A program made the translations under genes and the position numbers. Shown here piece after piece: positions 18,021 through 27,143 of a stretch of DNA of 60,846 nucleotides. The stretch is from contig CAZTXA010000001.1 in assembly GCA_964617945.1 (NCBI GenBank), positions 1-60,846 on the forward strand, read 5' to 3'. The stretch comes from an uncultured archaeon. Lineage in GTDB: Archaea; Nanohalarchaeota; Nanosalinia; Nanosalinales; Nanohalalkaliarchaeaceae. The notes below the pieces were generated by a model. The model worked only from the letters and a program-made list of their open reading frames with translations. It did not search any database and had not been told where the DNA came from. Every line of letters begins with the position of its first letter. Position 1 is the stretch's first letter.

Positions 18021-18335
18021 ATGGTTGAGATCGCAGTGGAAGGTGTCGCGGTGCAGGTCGGTACCGGCGCCGCACTCGGTCTTATCTCCGGCTACGCTGC
18101 GAAGAAGGTGACGAAGATTATCGCTGTCGTCGCAGGGATGGCGCTCATCGCGGCCGCGTGGCTCGAGTCCCGTGGTATCATCCCTGTAGACTGGGCCGGC
18201 CTCGGCACTGGCGCGGTTGACGCGGGCGGTGCCGCCGCTGAGACCGTTCCCCCTGTCTTCAACGCTGTCGCCTCGACTGCCGGTATCGGCGGTGGGTTCG
18301 TCGCAGGGTTCCTGCTCGGGTTCCGCCGCGGCTAG
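18021..18335 (+). CDS. FUN14-family membrane protein
   Basis: GAALGLISGYAAKKVTKIIAVVAGMALIAAAWLESRGIIPVDW matches the FUN14 pattern. TATA TTTAAAT lies 23-29 nt upstream. Confidence 0.6.
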   Translation: MVEIAVEGVAVQVGTGAALGLISGYAAKKVTKIIAVVAGMALIAAAWLESRGIIPVDWAGLGTGAVDAGGAAAETVPPVFNAVASTAGIGGGFVAGFLLGFRRG

Positions 18336-18568
18336 AACACGGACTCGATCTTCTCCGCCAGCCAGCGGAACGGCTGGACCTCCTTCCGGTCCACGATAAG
18401 TTCTGACAGCGCGGCGAACGGGATGGCGACGAGCACGATGATGCCGATGACCTGTAGATCGATGGCCGCCCCGGTGGCGAGCCGGACCGCGATCACGTCC
18501 TCTGTCACGCCGAGCGCGACACCGATAACGAGAAATTCGAGGAACCGTTCAACTCGCCGTCGCTCCAT
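18332..18568 (-). CDS. small two-TM membrane protein, hypothetical
   Basis: 78 aa with two hydrophobic helices. It shares its stop (CTAG) with the FUN14 gene and shares a TATA with the rhodanese gene. Confidence 0.5.
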   Translation of the reverse strand: MERRRVERFLEFLVIGVALGVTEDVIAVRLATGAAIDLQVIGIIVLVAIPFAALSELIVDRKEVQPFRWLAEKIESVF

Positions 18569-18591
18569 ACGAACTCCTTCGGTGGGGGAGG

Positions 18592-18598
18592 TTTAAAT
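18592..18598. promoter_or_regulatory. single palindromic TATA element (TTTAAAT) shared by divergent genes 18568(-) and 18623(+)
   Basis: 54-nt spacer. The element lies 24-31 nt from both ATGs. Confidence 0.45.
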
Positions 18599-18622
18599 CC
18601 TGCCGGATAGTATAACAGTGAT

Positions 18623-18946
18623 ATGGTCGACACGATTTCACGGTCGGAGCTGAAGGAGAAGATGGACCGCGGCGATGATTTCACCCTTGTAAACGTTCTT
18701 TCAGAGGATGACTTCGAAGAGGAGCACATCCCTGGATCCATCAACGTCCCGCTTGACGAGGTAGAGGAGGAGTTCCCGCGGCAGTTCGACCGCGACGAGG
18801 ACATCGTCGTCTACTGCGCGTCCGAATCCTGTCAGGCCTCGCCGAAGGCGGCAGAGAAGCTGGAGTCGATGGGATTCACGAACGTCGCCGATTACGAGGG
18901 CGGCCTTGCTGACTGGAAGGAGCGGTACGAGACCCAGAGCTCCTAG
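18623..18946 (+). CDS. single-domain rhodanese (sulfurtransferase)
   Basis: FTLVNVLSEDDFEEEHIPGSINVP and the active-site loop VVYCASESCQAS. Confidence 0.85.
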   Translation: MVDTISRSELKEKMDRGDDFTLVNVLSEDDFEEEHIPGSINVPLDEVEEEFPRQFDRDEDIVVYCASESCQASPKAAEKLESMGFTNVADYEGGLADWKERYETQSS

Positions 18947-19205
18947 CATCCTCCCGCTCCTCCCCGCGTTCCTCGTCCTCGTCTGACTGCAGTACACCGT
19001 ACAGTCCGGTGACAACCCCGGCGGCGATGAGGATACCGGCCAGTCCGAACAGTACGATACTTGCCGTCCCCATCAACGCGCCGTAGTCAACGACCGGGCC
19101 GGTTGTCGCCCCGGTGGCGGTGAAGATGACGTCACCGATCACCCGGATTGCCGCACCGGCACCGCCGATGATGAGGCCTGCAACAACGGTTTTCGCCGAC
19201 TGCAT
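18876..19205 (-). CDS. small membrane protein, hypothetical
   Basis: Two Gly-rich hydrophobic helices followed by an acidic then basic tail. The 3' end overlaps the rhodanese 3' end by 71 nt. TATA TATAATA lies 21-27 nt upstream. Confidence 0.45.
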   Translation of the reverse strand: MQSAKTVVAGLIIGGAGAAIRVIGDVIFTATGATTGPVVDYGALMGTASIVLFGLAGILIAAGVVTGLYGVLQSDEDEERGEEREDARSSGSRTAPSSQQGRPRNRRRS

Positions 19206-19276
19206 ACCGCCGTTTTCAGGATTCTGTATAATAACTGTTTCCCCGTCTGAAAGGGATTATAAAATCAGCCGCCACC

Positions 19277-20215
19277 ATGTACCGTGGTATGGAGGCGGGA
19301 CAGGTCCTCGACGGTGTGGAGACATGGGTGGACGACAGCCCGCTGCACAGCGGCGAGGGTGGCGGCCCGGTCCTGGTCTATACCTGGCGGTACGCGGATC
19401 TGCAGTCCCGCCGTTCCCTCGAGGCGGTGCAGGCGTTGCACGACGCGTACCGTGATGCAGGGCTGCAGGTAGTCGGCGTCCACACCCCGCGGTTCTCCTT
19501 CGAGGCGGACGAGGACAATGTCGCTGACGCTGTCTCCCGGTACGGCGTCGACTTCCCGGTCGGGATACGGATCGATACGTCCATCCCGGCCGGACCGGCA
19601 GGGGAGCCGTCCGCAGTCCTCCTCGGGCCGGACGGGGATATCAGGGCTGAGGAGACCGGTGTCGACGCGCTTGAACCCGCGGTGCGGCAGGTGCTACGGC
19701 GGCACGGCGCCGCCCTTGACAGTCCGGTGTTTGACGGGAGAGCTGGTCCCCAGTCACCGGTCGCTGGCACCGTCAGCGCTGACGTGTACGCGGGCACTGC
19801 CTACGGCGGCCCGCTCGGCAACGACCACCCTACTGCCCCGCACACGACCGTTACCTACGAGGAGGACGGCGACCGAGAGATGGGGGTTCTCTATCTGGAT
19901 GGGGCGTGGCGGCGGGAGGACGAGTACGTCGCCGCCGACGGTTCCGGGGGATACGCCGCGGTCCGGTTCACCGGCCGGGAATGCGGGATCGTCGTCGGCC
20001 CTGCGGGGGCGGACTGTGCGGTGCAGCTGTACGGCGGCCCGGTCCCGGACACGATGTACACTGACGAGGTCGTTGTGGAGGGGAGGGAGACCAGGGTTTC
20101 ACCGGACACCCCGGGACTCTACACGGTGATGGAGCGGGACGAGCCCCGCATCAATGAACTCAAGATACTACCGCGGTCGGATGATTTCCGGCTGTACGCG
20201 GTCTGCTTCGGCTAA
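19277..20215 (+). CDS. DipZ C-terminal-like protein: thioredoxin-fold lacking CxxC, plus a beta-sandwich domain
   Basis: LQVVGVHTPRFSFEADEDNVADAVSRYGVDFPV...VLLGPDGDIR matches the redoxin part of DipZ-type proteins. The expected CxxC position reads WRYADLQS. The C-terminal part (YLDGAWRREDEYV...) matches the appended jelly-roll domain. ATG 19289 is an alternative start, because a TATA lies only 13-20 nt upstream of 19277. Confidence 0.65.
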   Translation: MYRGMEAGQVLDGVETWVDDSPLHSGEGGGPVLVYTWRYADLQSRRSLEAVQALHDAYRDAGLQVVGVHTPRFSFEADEDNVADAVSRYGVDFPVGIRIDTSIPAGPAGEPSAVLLGPDGDIRAEETGVDALEPAVRQVLRRHGAALDSPVFDGRAGPQSPVAGTVSADVYAGTAYGGPLGNDHPTAPHTTVTYEEDGDREMGVLYLDGAWRREDEYVAADGSGGYAAVRFTGRECGIVVGPAGADCAVQLYGGPVPDTMYTDEVVVEGRETRVSPDTPGLYTVMERDEPRINELKILPRSDDFRLYAVCFG

Positions 20216-20248
20216 CCATTCTTAAACGTCCGGGTCGGTAATGCGGGT

Positions 20249-20737
20249 ATGAAGCACGTTGCAGCGGCCGTGTTTGTGGTGCTCATGGCGGGAGCCGTGG
20301 CGGCACACGCAGGACACTTCGACGATACCGGGACAGAGGCGCCGGCATCGATCGATGACGCTGTCGACGAGATAGATACCCTCGCCGCCACGTACAACGA
20401 GAACGCTGACAGCGTCCCGTCACTCGTTGAAAGTCTCGTCGCCGACGAACGGGTGAATGTTCACATCGAGACGGGAGACGATGATATCGTCATCGGCGTG
20501 GTCATGGACGACGCCCGGATGACGACGGTCACCCGCGGCGGCGTGGAGAACGTCACCGTCGACCTCTATACGGATGAAGAGACAGTGTCATCTATCCTGG
20601 CGGCGGAGGACTCCCCGGCCCGCGCCGTCGAAGCGTTCAACAGCGACCACATCACGTACGAGGCGCACGGGTTCGGACGCTCGATCAAGTTCGCCGTCAT
20701 CTCCACCGTGTCAAAGATACTCGGATTCCTGCTCTAG
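20249..20737 (+). CDS. secreted acidic hypothetical protein
   Basis: Signal peptide MKHVAAAVFVVLMAGAVAAHA, an acidic mature part and an amphipathic C-terminus. Confidence 0.5.
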   Translation: MKHVAAAVFVVLMAGAVAAHAGHFDDTGTEAPASIDDAVDEIDTLAATYNENADSVPSLVESLVADERVNVHIETGDDDIVIGVVMDDARMTTVTRGGVENVTVDLYTDEETVSSILAAEDSPARAVEAFNSDHITYEAHGFGRSIKFAVISTVSKILGFLL

Positions 20738-20904
20738 AATGTCCACCGGTCCTCCACAGTCGTGCCGCACCCGTTGCAGGCGTACACGTCCGTCTCGCCG
20801 AACACGCCCTCCCGCTCTTCGAGGAACACCATCTCCACGTCACAGTCCCCGCATGCAGGGGTCTCGTCTGTGTCGCGGAACGTGTAGGATGGCTGTCCAG
20901 TCAT
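20734..20904 (-). CDS. small zinc-ribbon protein (56 aa; below the ORF-track cut-off)
   Basis: The reverse strand reads MTGQPSYTFRDTDETPACGDCDVEMVFLEEREGVFGETDVYACNGCGTTVEDRWTF, with CxxC...CxxC. GC3-rich codons. It shares a CTAG stop with the 20249 gene. Confidence 0.5.
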   Translation of the reverse strand: MTGQPSYTFRDTDETPACGDCDVEMVFLEEREGVFGETDVYACNGCGTTVEDRWTF

Positions 20905-20931
20905 CGGTAAGAAGCGGGTGACGCGGCCTTT

Positions 20932-21930
20932 TTATTCTATCGAATACCGGAGCTCTGCCGCGATCCCGCCCAGCGATGCCAGCTTCTTCCCGGCGTCGTG
21001 GTCCTCGTGCACCAGCTGCACGGTGCCGTCCTGCTGCTCCACCTGCTCCACGAGCTCCTCCTTCTCCCGGATCATCCGGTCCGTCACCAGCAACCGTTCC
21101 ACCGCCCCCATCTCCACCGCCTCCTGCACCGGGTCCTCGCCGTAGGTGACATCGCCGTCGCTGTGCAGCTCGTCCAGGAACCGTTCCACCGCCTCCGTCT
21201 CATCTGATATCCGGGACTGCTGCCGCACACGGTCGACCGCCCCCCGCTTGATCACCTCCTGGACACCGGCCATACCGGTCGTGCTGGCGTCCTCGACCGT
21301 CACCACGTCCGCCAGCTCGTCGTCTTCGATCCGGTCAACAAGGTTCTCCTTCTCGAACCCGGGGCCTGCAACGATGATATGGTCGACACCGGTGTGTTCG
21401 GACAGGACCGCGATAACCTCTCTGTAGAATTCTTCCTGGCTCTGGGCGTCGTCCCGGTACATCTTCCCCGACGCACCGCTCCGGACCTCGGACAGCTCCC
21501 TGATACCGGTCTCCGTGATGACGGCGAAATTGGCGCCGTCACTGTCCACCATGCAGACCAGGATCTCGTACTCGTCCGTGTCCGCCGCCTGTTCCACCCG
21601 GTCAAGCTGGTGGTCGTCCCACCGCTCCTTCCACATCTCCACCGTCACGCCCGGTTCGAGGTTGAACGTGTGGTACCCGTGCTGCACGTCGTCCGGCGCA
21701 TGCGTTATCTCTCCCGTGGCGCGTAACCGGCCTCCCTCGTACTCCGTCTTCTCCACCTCCAGCTGCAGGGTCGCGTACCGCTTCTCCCCGCCCTCGATCG
21801 TCGTCCGCTGGTCGTCCATCCGCAGTATATCGCCGGGTTCGACGACATGCCGCAGATGCCAGAGATCCGCATCTGACTCTATCTCCAGCTCCATATACCC
21901 TTCCTTCGTATCCTGGTCCAGAACGTTCAT
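20932..21930 (-). CDS. pelA: Pelota (Dom34) mRNA surveillance / ribosome rescue factor
   Basis: The whole length resembles archaeal Pelota: MELEIESDADLWHLRHVVEPGDIL, IVAGPGFEKE, and an eRF1-like C-terminal domain. Confidence 0.9.
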   Translation of the reverse strand: MNVLDQDTKEGYMELEIESDADLWHLRHVVEPGDILRMDDQRTTIEGGEKRYATLQLEVEKTEYEGGRLRATGEITHAPDDVQHGYHTFNLEPGVTVEMWKERWDDHQLDRVEQAADTDEYEILVCMVDSDGANFAVITETGIRELSEVRSGASGKMYRDDAQSQEEFYREVIAVLSEHTGVDHIIVAGPGFEKENLVDRIEDDELADVVTVEDASTTGMAGVQEVIKRGAVDRVRQQSRISDETEAVERFLDELHSDGDVTYGEDPVQEAVEMGAVERLLVTDRMIREKEELVEQVEQQDGTVQLVHEDHDAGKKLASLGGIAAELRYSIE

Positions 21931-21993
21931 TTTCGGCTTTCAGGAAGGAGTTTCGACACTTTTTTATTAAAAGGTAGCACACTACGAGGTGGT

Positions 21994-23136
21994 ATGGCGT
22001 CCGAATTTGTCTACGTACTGGCCGCTGGCATAGCAATCCTCGTGGTCGGCGGCGTTCTCGCCGGTCTGACCGATGAGGTCGGCGTAGGAGGGCCGGACGG
22101 CGATACAGTCGGACGCCAGCTCGCGTCATACTCTCCAGGGACCATCGGGGCGATCGATTCGACGTCACGCACCCTCCAGTTCGGTGACGTGACCGTGGCG
22201 GACGAGTCGCCGAACGTCACCGCAGCGACACGTGGCACCGTTTCAGTGTCGTCCAGCGTGCTTGACAGTTCGACAGAGACAGTAACGTTCGAGTCCCAGT
22301 CCCCCCAGCGAGTGTTTATCTCCTTCACCCCGTCACAGGCGGCCGACCCTGACAGCCTCATCATCACGGTGAACGGGGAAGCGGTTGATATCCCTGACTT
22401 CGAGGTCGGCGAACCCGTGACGATCAGTGCGGAGAGCGTACAGTCCGGGCGGAACAGCATCGTGTTCCGCGCCGAGGATCCGGGCGCAGCGTTCTGGCGG
22501 CGTCCGTCCTTCACGCTCGACGACGTTGAGGTAGTGGTCGAGGACGCGGCGAACGCGGGCACTGTAGAGACGTTCCGCGCCTACCAGTACGAGGTCGAAG
22601 GATTTGACCGCGGCGAGCTCAGGTTCTCGGTAACGGAGGACGTGGTCCGGGACGAACCCCTGCGGATACAGATCAACGGGAACACCGTGGTTGAACGGTC
22701 CCCGGTCACCCGTGCCCTCCCGTACACGGCGACGTTCTCAGCAAACGAGACCGGGATCTCGGCCGGTGAAAACGTGCTGGCGGTGCGGACCGGTGGCGAT
22801 TCCCGGTACACCCTGGACAACCTGCAGATGACGCTGTACTTCTTCGCCGGGACGGAACGCCGCACCGTAGAGCGCGAATTCCAGATGCCGCCGTCGACGT
22901 ACCGAAACCTCGGCGATGACGGTGGGAACATCACTATCGAGGTGGACCGCGTAGGGCTGCAGCGACCGGTCACCATCGAACTCGGGAACGCGACGTTTAC
23001 ACGGACGCTGGACGTCGGCGAGAACGTTATCCGGTTCGGCCAGTCAGATGTGGGGAAGGGGACGAACACGGTACGGATATCGACCGACGGATCCTACCGC
23101 GTCCCGCGGATAACGGTTTCTGCGGCTGATGGATAA
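21994..23136 (+). CDS. N-terminally anchored surface protein with three repeated beta-domains (uncharacterised)
   Basis: TM helix FVYVLAAGIAILVVGGVLAGL. Three modules of the type ITVNGEAV..SGRNSIVFRAEDPG / IQINGNTV..AGENVLAVRTGGDS / IELGNATF..VGENVIRFGQSD. Confidence 0.6.
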   Translation: MASEFVYVLAAGIAILVVGGVLAGLTDEVGVGGPDGDTVGRQLASYSPGTIGAIDSTSRTLQFGDVTVADESPNVTAATRGTVSVSSSVLDSSTETVTFESQSPQRVFISFTPSQAADPDSLIITVNGEAVDIPDFEVGEPVTISAESVQSGRNSIVFRAEDPGAAFWRRPSFTLDDVEVVVEDAANAGTVETFRAYQYEVEGFDRGELRFSVTEDVVRDEPLRIQINGNTVVERSPVTRALPYTATFSANETGISAGENVLAVRTGGDSRYTLDNLQMTLYFFAGTERRTVEREFQMPPSTYRNLGDDGGNITIEVDRVGLQRPVTIELGNATFTRTLDVGENVIRFGQSDVGKGTNTVRISTDGSYRVPRITVSAADG

Positions 23137-24157
23137 CGACAGCCGCCTCAACCTACTTAAGGCCGAGATACACATCTACCAGCAGGAGAAACCTCTGAAA
23201 TCATCCTATCTCAACACCATGGCCGACGATAACAGTGATACTGCTGCTGCCGAGGAACCGTCTGGACAGCGATCAGGCCTGAACCATGAGATGGCGGAAG
23301 CGGTGCGGGATACGGGCGTCACGGAAGAGGTCCGCGAATCGATTACGGAGGATGTGGAGGAGCGGGTGGAGGGCGAGGAGCAGGGCCGCGCCCGCATGTT
23401 CTCGAAGGACCAGATCATCCACGAGGCGGCTATCCTGGCCCGTGGTATGTACGGGACCACGAGACCGAGCCTGGAGATGGATACCTACGGGGAGCGGCGG
23501 AAAGAGGAAGGATACTATGACCTGGTGGACTGCTGGCTGGTCGTCGCCCACAGGCTCGACGACAAGTACCATGAGACCTTCCTCAGGCGGGCGACACCCT
23601 TTCCGTGGAAGGCCAGGATGAACCGGTACCTGATCCCGAACTACTACCTGTTCGCGTTGGAAGGTGTTGACCGCGCTATAGAGGAGAAATATATCAGCCC
23701 CCTCTTCAGCGATAAGCTGGAGTACCGGTTGGGCGCACATACGTCGTTCCCCTTCCTGGTTGTCGGGCCGCCGCTGGCGTACTTCGACTGGGCCCCGTTC
23801 GGACCGACAACGGAAGAGGCGCGGGCCTACGCCGCGATTGAAGATAGTTCTGGGGCTGACGCTGATGTTGAAGAGATGAAGGAGGACCTGGAATACTACA
23901 AGCGGCGGGTATACGAGCTCGGGAACACCGTTGAACGCCACGAGGAGAAGATCGATGAACTCGACCGGATTATCAGGTCAACGAAGTCAAAACGTGAAAG
24001 CGTGCCGGAGGGAAGCGACGAGGCGGCGGACCTGGAGGACCGCTTGGACGAGCTGGAGGAGCGGCGCGACACGATAACCGCCGACATGGAGGACGCGATG
24101 GAAAAAATGGAGGCAGCATACGCCAAGTATGAAGAACTGGCGGACGAAACACCGTGA
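23129..24157 (+). CDS. acidic cytoplasmic protein with C-terminal coiled coil (uncharacterised)
   Basis: No TM helix or signal peptide. C-terminal heptad-rich region EMKEDLEYYKRRVYELGNTVERHEEKIDELDRII...LEDRLDELEERRDTITADMEDAMEKMEAAYAKYEEL. ATG 23129 overlaps the upstream stop by 8 nt. ATG 23219 (MADDNSD) is an alternative start. Confidence 0.55.
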   Translation: MDNDSRLNLLKAEIHIYQQEKPLKSSYLNTMADDNSDTAAAEEPSGQRSGLNHEMAEAVRDTGVTEEVRESITEDVEERVEGEEQGRARMFSKDQIIHEAAILARGMYGTTRPSLEMDTYGERRKEEGYYDLVDCWLVVAHRLDDKYHETFLRRATPFPWKARMNRYLIPNYYLFALEGVDRAIEEKYISPLFSDKLEYRLGAHTSFPFLVVGPPLAYFDWAPFGPTTEEARAYAAIEDSSGADADVEEMKEDLEYYKRRVYELGNTVERHEEKIDELDRIIRSTKSKRESVPEGSDEAADLEDRLDELEERRDTITADMEDAMEKMEAAYAKYEELADETP

Positions 24158-24184
24158 GAACAGAACCCTGCGTGACATCAACGA

Positions 24185-25093
24185 ATGCTCTGGAACGATG
24201 ACCTGAAGAAGCGTGTGAAGGAGGTCCGCAAGGAGTACTATGGCACGATAGACTCCCTGGAAGGGTCGCCCTCGTCCGCGGACTATCACTGGAAGACCGT
24301 CGTCGGCGTCTTCCTGTCAGCTATCTACATCCTCATCCTTATCGGGACCGATTTGATCACGAACAGTTACGTCTCCGTCCTCAGCGGGATAATCGCTGCT
24401 GTCGCGCTCGTGAAGGCGAGTCAGAAAGGGATAACCGCAGGATATGTTATCGGCGGGATACTCCTCCTGCACCCCGGGTACGCCGCCCTCTCCATCTTCG
24501 GCCTCGATATCAACGCCATCGCGGTCATAATCGGGATCGCTGCAGGCGTACTCTCTGTCTTCCAGGAAGGCCCGGTGCAATCCACTGGCGGCGGACGGCC
24601 GGGTGCAGATGTACAGAACGCTATTTTCAAGGCGGGCGCGCTCGCGTTCCTCCCTATATGGATCGTTGCCGGGGTCAACGTCGTCCTGTCAGCCCTGGCA
24701 GGGCAGTTCCTCAACACCGGGTTCGTCGTCGCCAGCATCGTGACCGCAGGGACCTCGGTGTTCCTGTTCACCCACGACAATATCAAGTACGCCCTTGCCT
24801 GGTACATCGGATCCGTAAGCTTCTTCGTGTCCGCGCTCGAGGTCGCGGAGGATCCGGACGAACGGACAGGACTGGACAAGATAGTGATTGCTGGCTTGGT
24901 GCTGTGGATGCTGGTGGCGATGGCGGTAGGACTCATCCGACTGACAGGGGTGTTAGGGCTGGAAGTCGAAGGAGTGTTCATCGCATTTTTCCTGTCGATG
25001 GGCGGGCCGATGGCGCTCTATGTGGCTGAACGCGCAGTCTGGAACCGTTTAGAGCCGTCAGGCGGCTCCGGTGGAGGTGGTGGCGGTGGCTAA
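24185..25093 (+). CDS. polytopic membrane protein (about 8 TM helices) with a poly-Gly C-terminus (uncharacterised)
   Basis: Hydrophobic helices run through the whole protein. It ends in SGGSGGGGGGG. Confidence 0.6.
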   Translation: MLWNDDLKKRVKEVRKEYYGTIDSLEGSPSSADYHWKTVVGVFLSAIYILILIGTDLITNSYVSVLSGIIAAVALVKASQKGITAGYVIGGILLLHPGYAALSIFGLDINAIAVIIGIAAGVLSVFQEGPVQSTGGGRPGADVQNAIFKAGALAFLPIWIVAGVNVVLSALAGQFLNTGFVVASIVTAGTSVFLFTHDNIKYALAWYIGSVSFFVSALEVAEDPDERTGLDKIVIAGLVLWMLVAMAVGLIRLTGVLGLEVEGVFIAFFLSMGGPMALYVAERAVWNRLEPSGGSGGGGGGG

Positions 25094-27143
25094 CGGGGGC
25101 AACAGTGGTGACAGTGGCTCGGACCGCCGCCAGCAGATCAGAGAAGGGGTTAGAAAAGCAAAGGCGGGCGCGCCAACCGCCGCGAAGTACGGCGGAATCG
25201 CCCTCCTTGGAATCGGGGTTGTCCTGCTAGGACTCCTCCTGATAGTATCCTTCGGAGTCTCCGTGTACTCCATGTTTGCGAACCTGATGAACGACGCCGT
25301 GTTCCTGGCGACGGTTGTCGTGTTCGCATACGGGATGGTGTTCTGGAATTTCTCGCGGCACTTCTTCGGTGAGCTTGAGGGCCCGGCAGCCCTGGCCGCA
25401 CACTACATCATCAGCATCTTCATCTTCGCCCTGTTCGGCATAGTGCTACAGCTCTTCAGCAGGGCGGCGAGCCTCGGCAGCGCCAACCCGCCGGCCCTGC
25501 TGTACCTGGTCTCGATGGCGTTCTTCGTCATCATGGTCTACCGTGTCGCTGAAGAACTCACCGAGGGCCATGAGCACAGCCGGTGGTTGATGATAGGGAG
25601 TCTGTTCGTCGCCCTGGTCCTCGTCTTTTTCATCGGACAGTGGGCTGTCGGGGGATGGGGGAACATCGGGGGCGTCATCGGGGAAGCTGGATACAACCTG
25701 GAGGACACCCTGGTCGGTGTCCCCCTCGACATCCTCGGCAATGTCTGGAGCAGTTTCCAGGCACAGCTCTCGGTCTGTAATAACCCGACTATCGGCCAGA
25801 TCCAGTGCACTGCCGACCTGTACATGGAGGGAGCGGTGTACGAGGCGGTGGCAGGGTCTGCATCGGTGTCGCAGTGTGTCCAGCAAAAGATCGAGAACCA
25901 GTGTGGCCCGGCGACCGAGAGCGAGGAAGTCACCGACCCCTTGATCGTGGAGGTGCAGGAACCGATCATCGAACCGTTGCAGGACCACGTCCGGTTCTTC
26001 GTACCGGTCACGAACACGCTCGTCAACGATATCCAGGGACGTGTCATCGACATCCCGGCGCGCGAGGTCTCCGTCGACATCGCGTTCCAGTACCTCGACA
26101 AGGTGGTGGCGTCAGAGCAGACCTCGGTCGGCGAGATACAGAACGGGGATACCGCGAACATCATGTTCAACGAGCGCGACGACGGGTCGTACTACTTCCC
26201 CCGGTTCGAGCTGAGCTCGGCCATATCCAGGACCGAGATCCAGCGCCGGCTCATCGATGTCTCGGAGGACTGTGAGAACGGGGTGGACTATCCAGACGAG
26301 GCTTCGTCGGAGTGCCAGGCCAGTGTGAACTGGTTCCTCGACGCGTTCGACGGGAACGCAGAGGACGTGTCGGACCTCCAGGAAGGCTCGTTCCTCTCTA
26401 CGGCCCGCGTCGGATTCATCGCGAAGACCCGGCTGGACCTGCCGGGGAGCTTTGAAGAAGAGTTCCCGCAGCCGCTGTACGAGGAGATAGACGAGTACCT
26501 CGGTGACAGCAACATCCTCGCGCCGGACCGTGAACACGATGTGACTATAACGGTAGATTACAAGTATTCGGCGGACGCTGCGTTCACCCAGTCCAGCCGG
26601 TGGAAGAGCGGTAACCAGCTCCTCAAGGTGTGGCGGTACGACGACTGGAACGAGCTGACCCCTGAGGAGCGGCAGGAGTGGCGGCAGCAGAACTGCGACG
26701 AGGTAACGCGCGCCGGGGAGACGTTCCAGAAGCAGCGGACCGCCTCCCTCACGACACCGATCGTCCCGGTGATGTACGCTGACTGTGGCGGCGTCCTGTT
26801 CAGCCGCTTCAGTGCGGACGCCGGGTACACAGGAGACATCCCTATCCAGGTAGCGGCGACGGTGAACGATAACGTCCGTGAACGTGTCTCCGATAAAGGG
26901 TTCAAGATCATAAGCGCTAACACGAACTGCGGCGACGGCAGCCTTGACGGGCTTACCGGCAAATGGTACAACCGGCGGGAGGAAGGCGGCTTCCAGGTGG
27001 ATCCGGTCACGATCACCCGGTCAGATGTAACGGTGGACGGCGAGCGTATGACGATAGGGTGCAGGGTTTCGATGGACGTACAGGTACGGCTCCAGGACAC
27101 GACAACGTTCCAGGAAGGGGGTGACGAAGAATCAGACGGATGA
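25071..27143 (+). CDS. large membrane protein: about 5 N-terminal TM helices plus a Cys-containing ectodomain of about 450 aa (uncharacterised)
   Basis: GTG start region 25071-25086 overlaps the upstream stop. The exact start is uncertain. The ectodomain shares strand motifs with the downstream lipoproteins (VTITVDYKYSADAAF, IGCRVSMDVQVRLQD). Confidence 0.6.
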   Translation: MEVVAVANGGNSGDSGSDRRQQIREGVRKAKAGAPTAAKYGGIALLGIGVVLLGLLLIVSFGVSVYSMFANLMNDAVFLATVVVFAYGMVFWNFSRHFFGELEGPAALAAHYIISIFIFALFGIVLQLFSRAASLGSANPPALLYLVSMAFFVIMVYRVAEELTEGHEHSRWLMIGSLFVALVLVFFIGQWAVGGWGNIGGVIGEAGYNLEDTLVGVPLDILGNVWSSFQAQLSVCNNPTIGQIQCTADLYMEGAVYEAVAGSASVSQCVQQKIENQCGPATESEEVTDPLIVEVQEPIIEPLQDHVRFFVPVTNTLVNDIQGRVIDIPAREVSVDIAFQYLDKVVASEQTSVGEIQNGDTANIMFNERDDGSYYFPRFELSSAISRTEIQRRLIDVSEDCENGVDYPDEASSECQASVNWFLDAFDGNAEDVSDLQEGSFLSTARVGFIAKTRLDLPGSFEEEFPQPLYEEIDEYLGDSNILAPDREHDVTITVDYKYSADAAFTQSSRWKSGNQLLKVWRYDDWNELTPEERQEWRQQNCDEVTRAGETFQKQRTASLTTPIVPVMYADCGGVLFSRFSADAGYTGDIPIQVAATVNDNVRERVSDKGFKIISANTNCGDGSLDGLTGKWYNRREEGGFQVDPVTITRSDVTVDGERMTIGCRVSMDVQVRLQDTTTFQEGGDEESDG

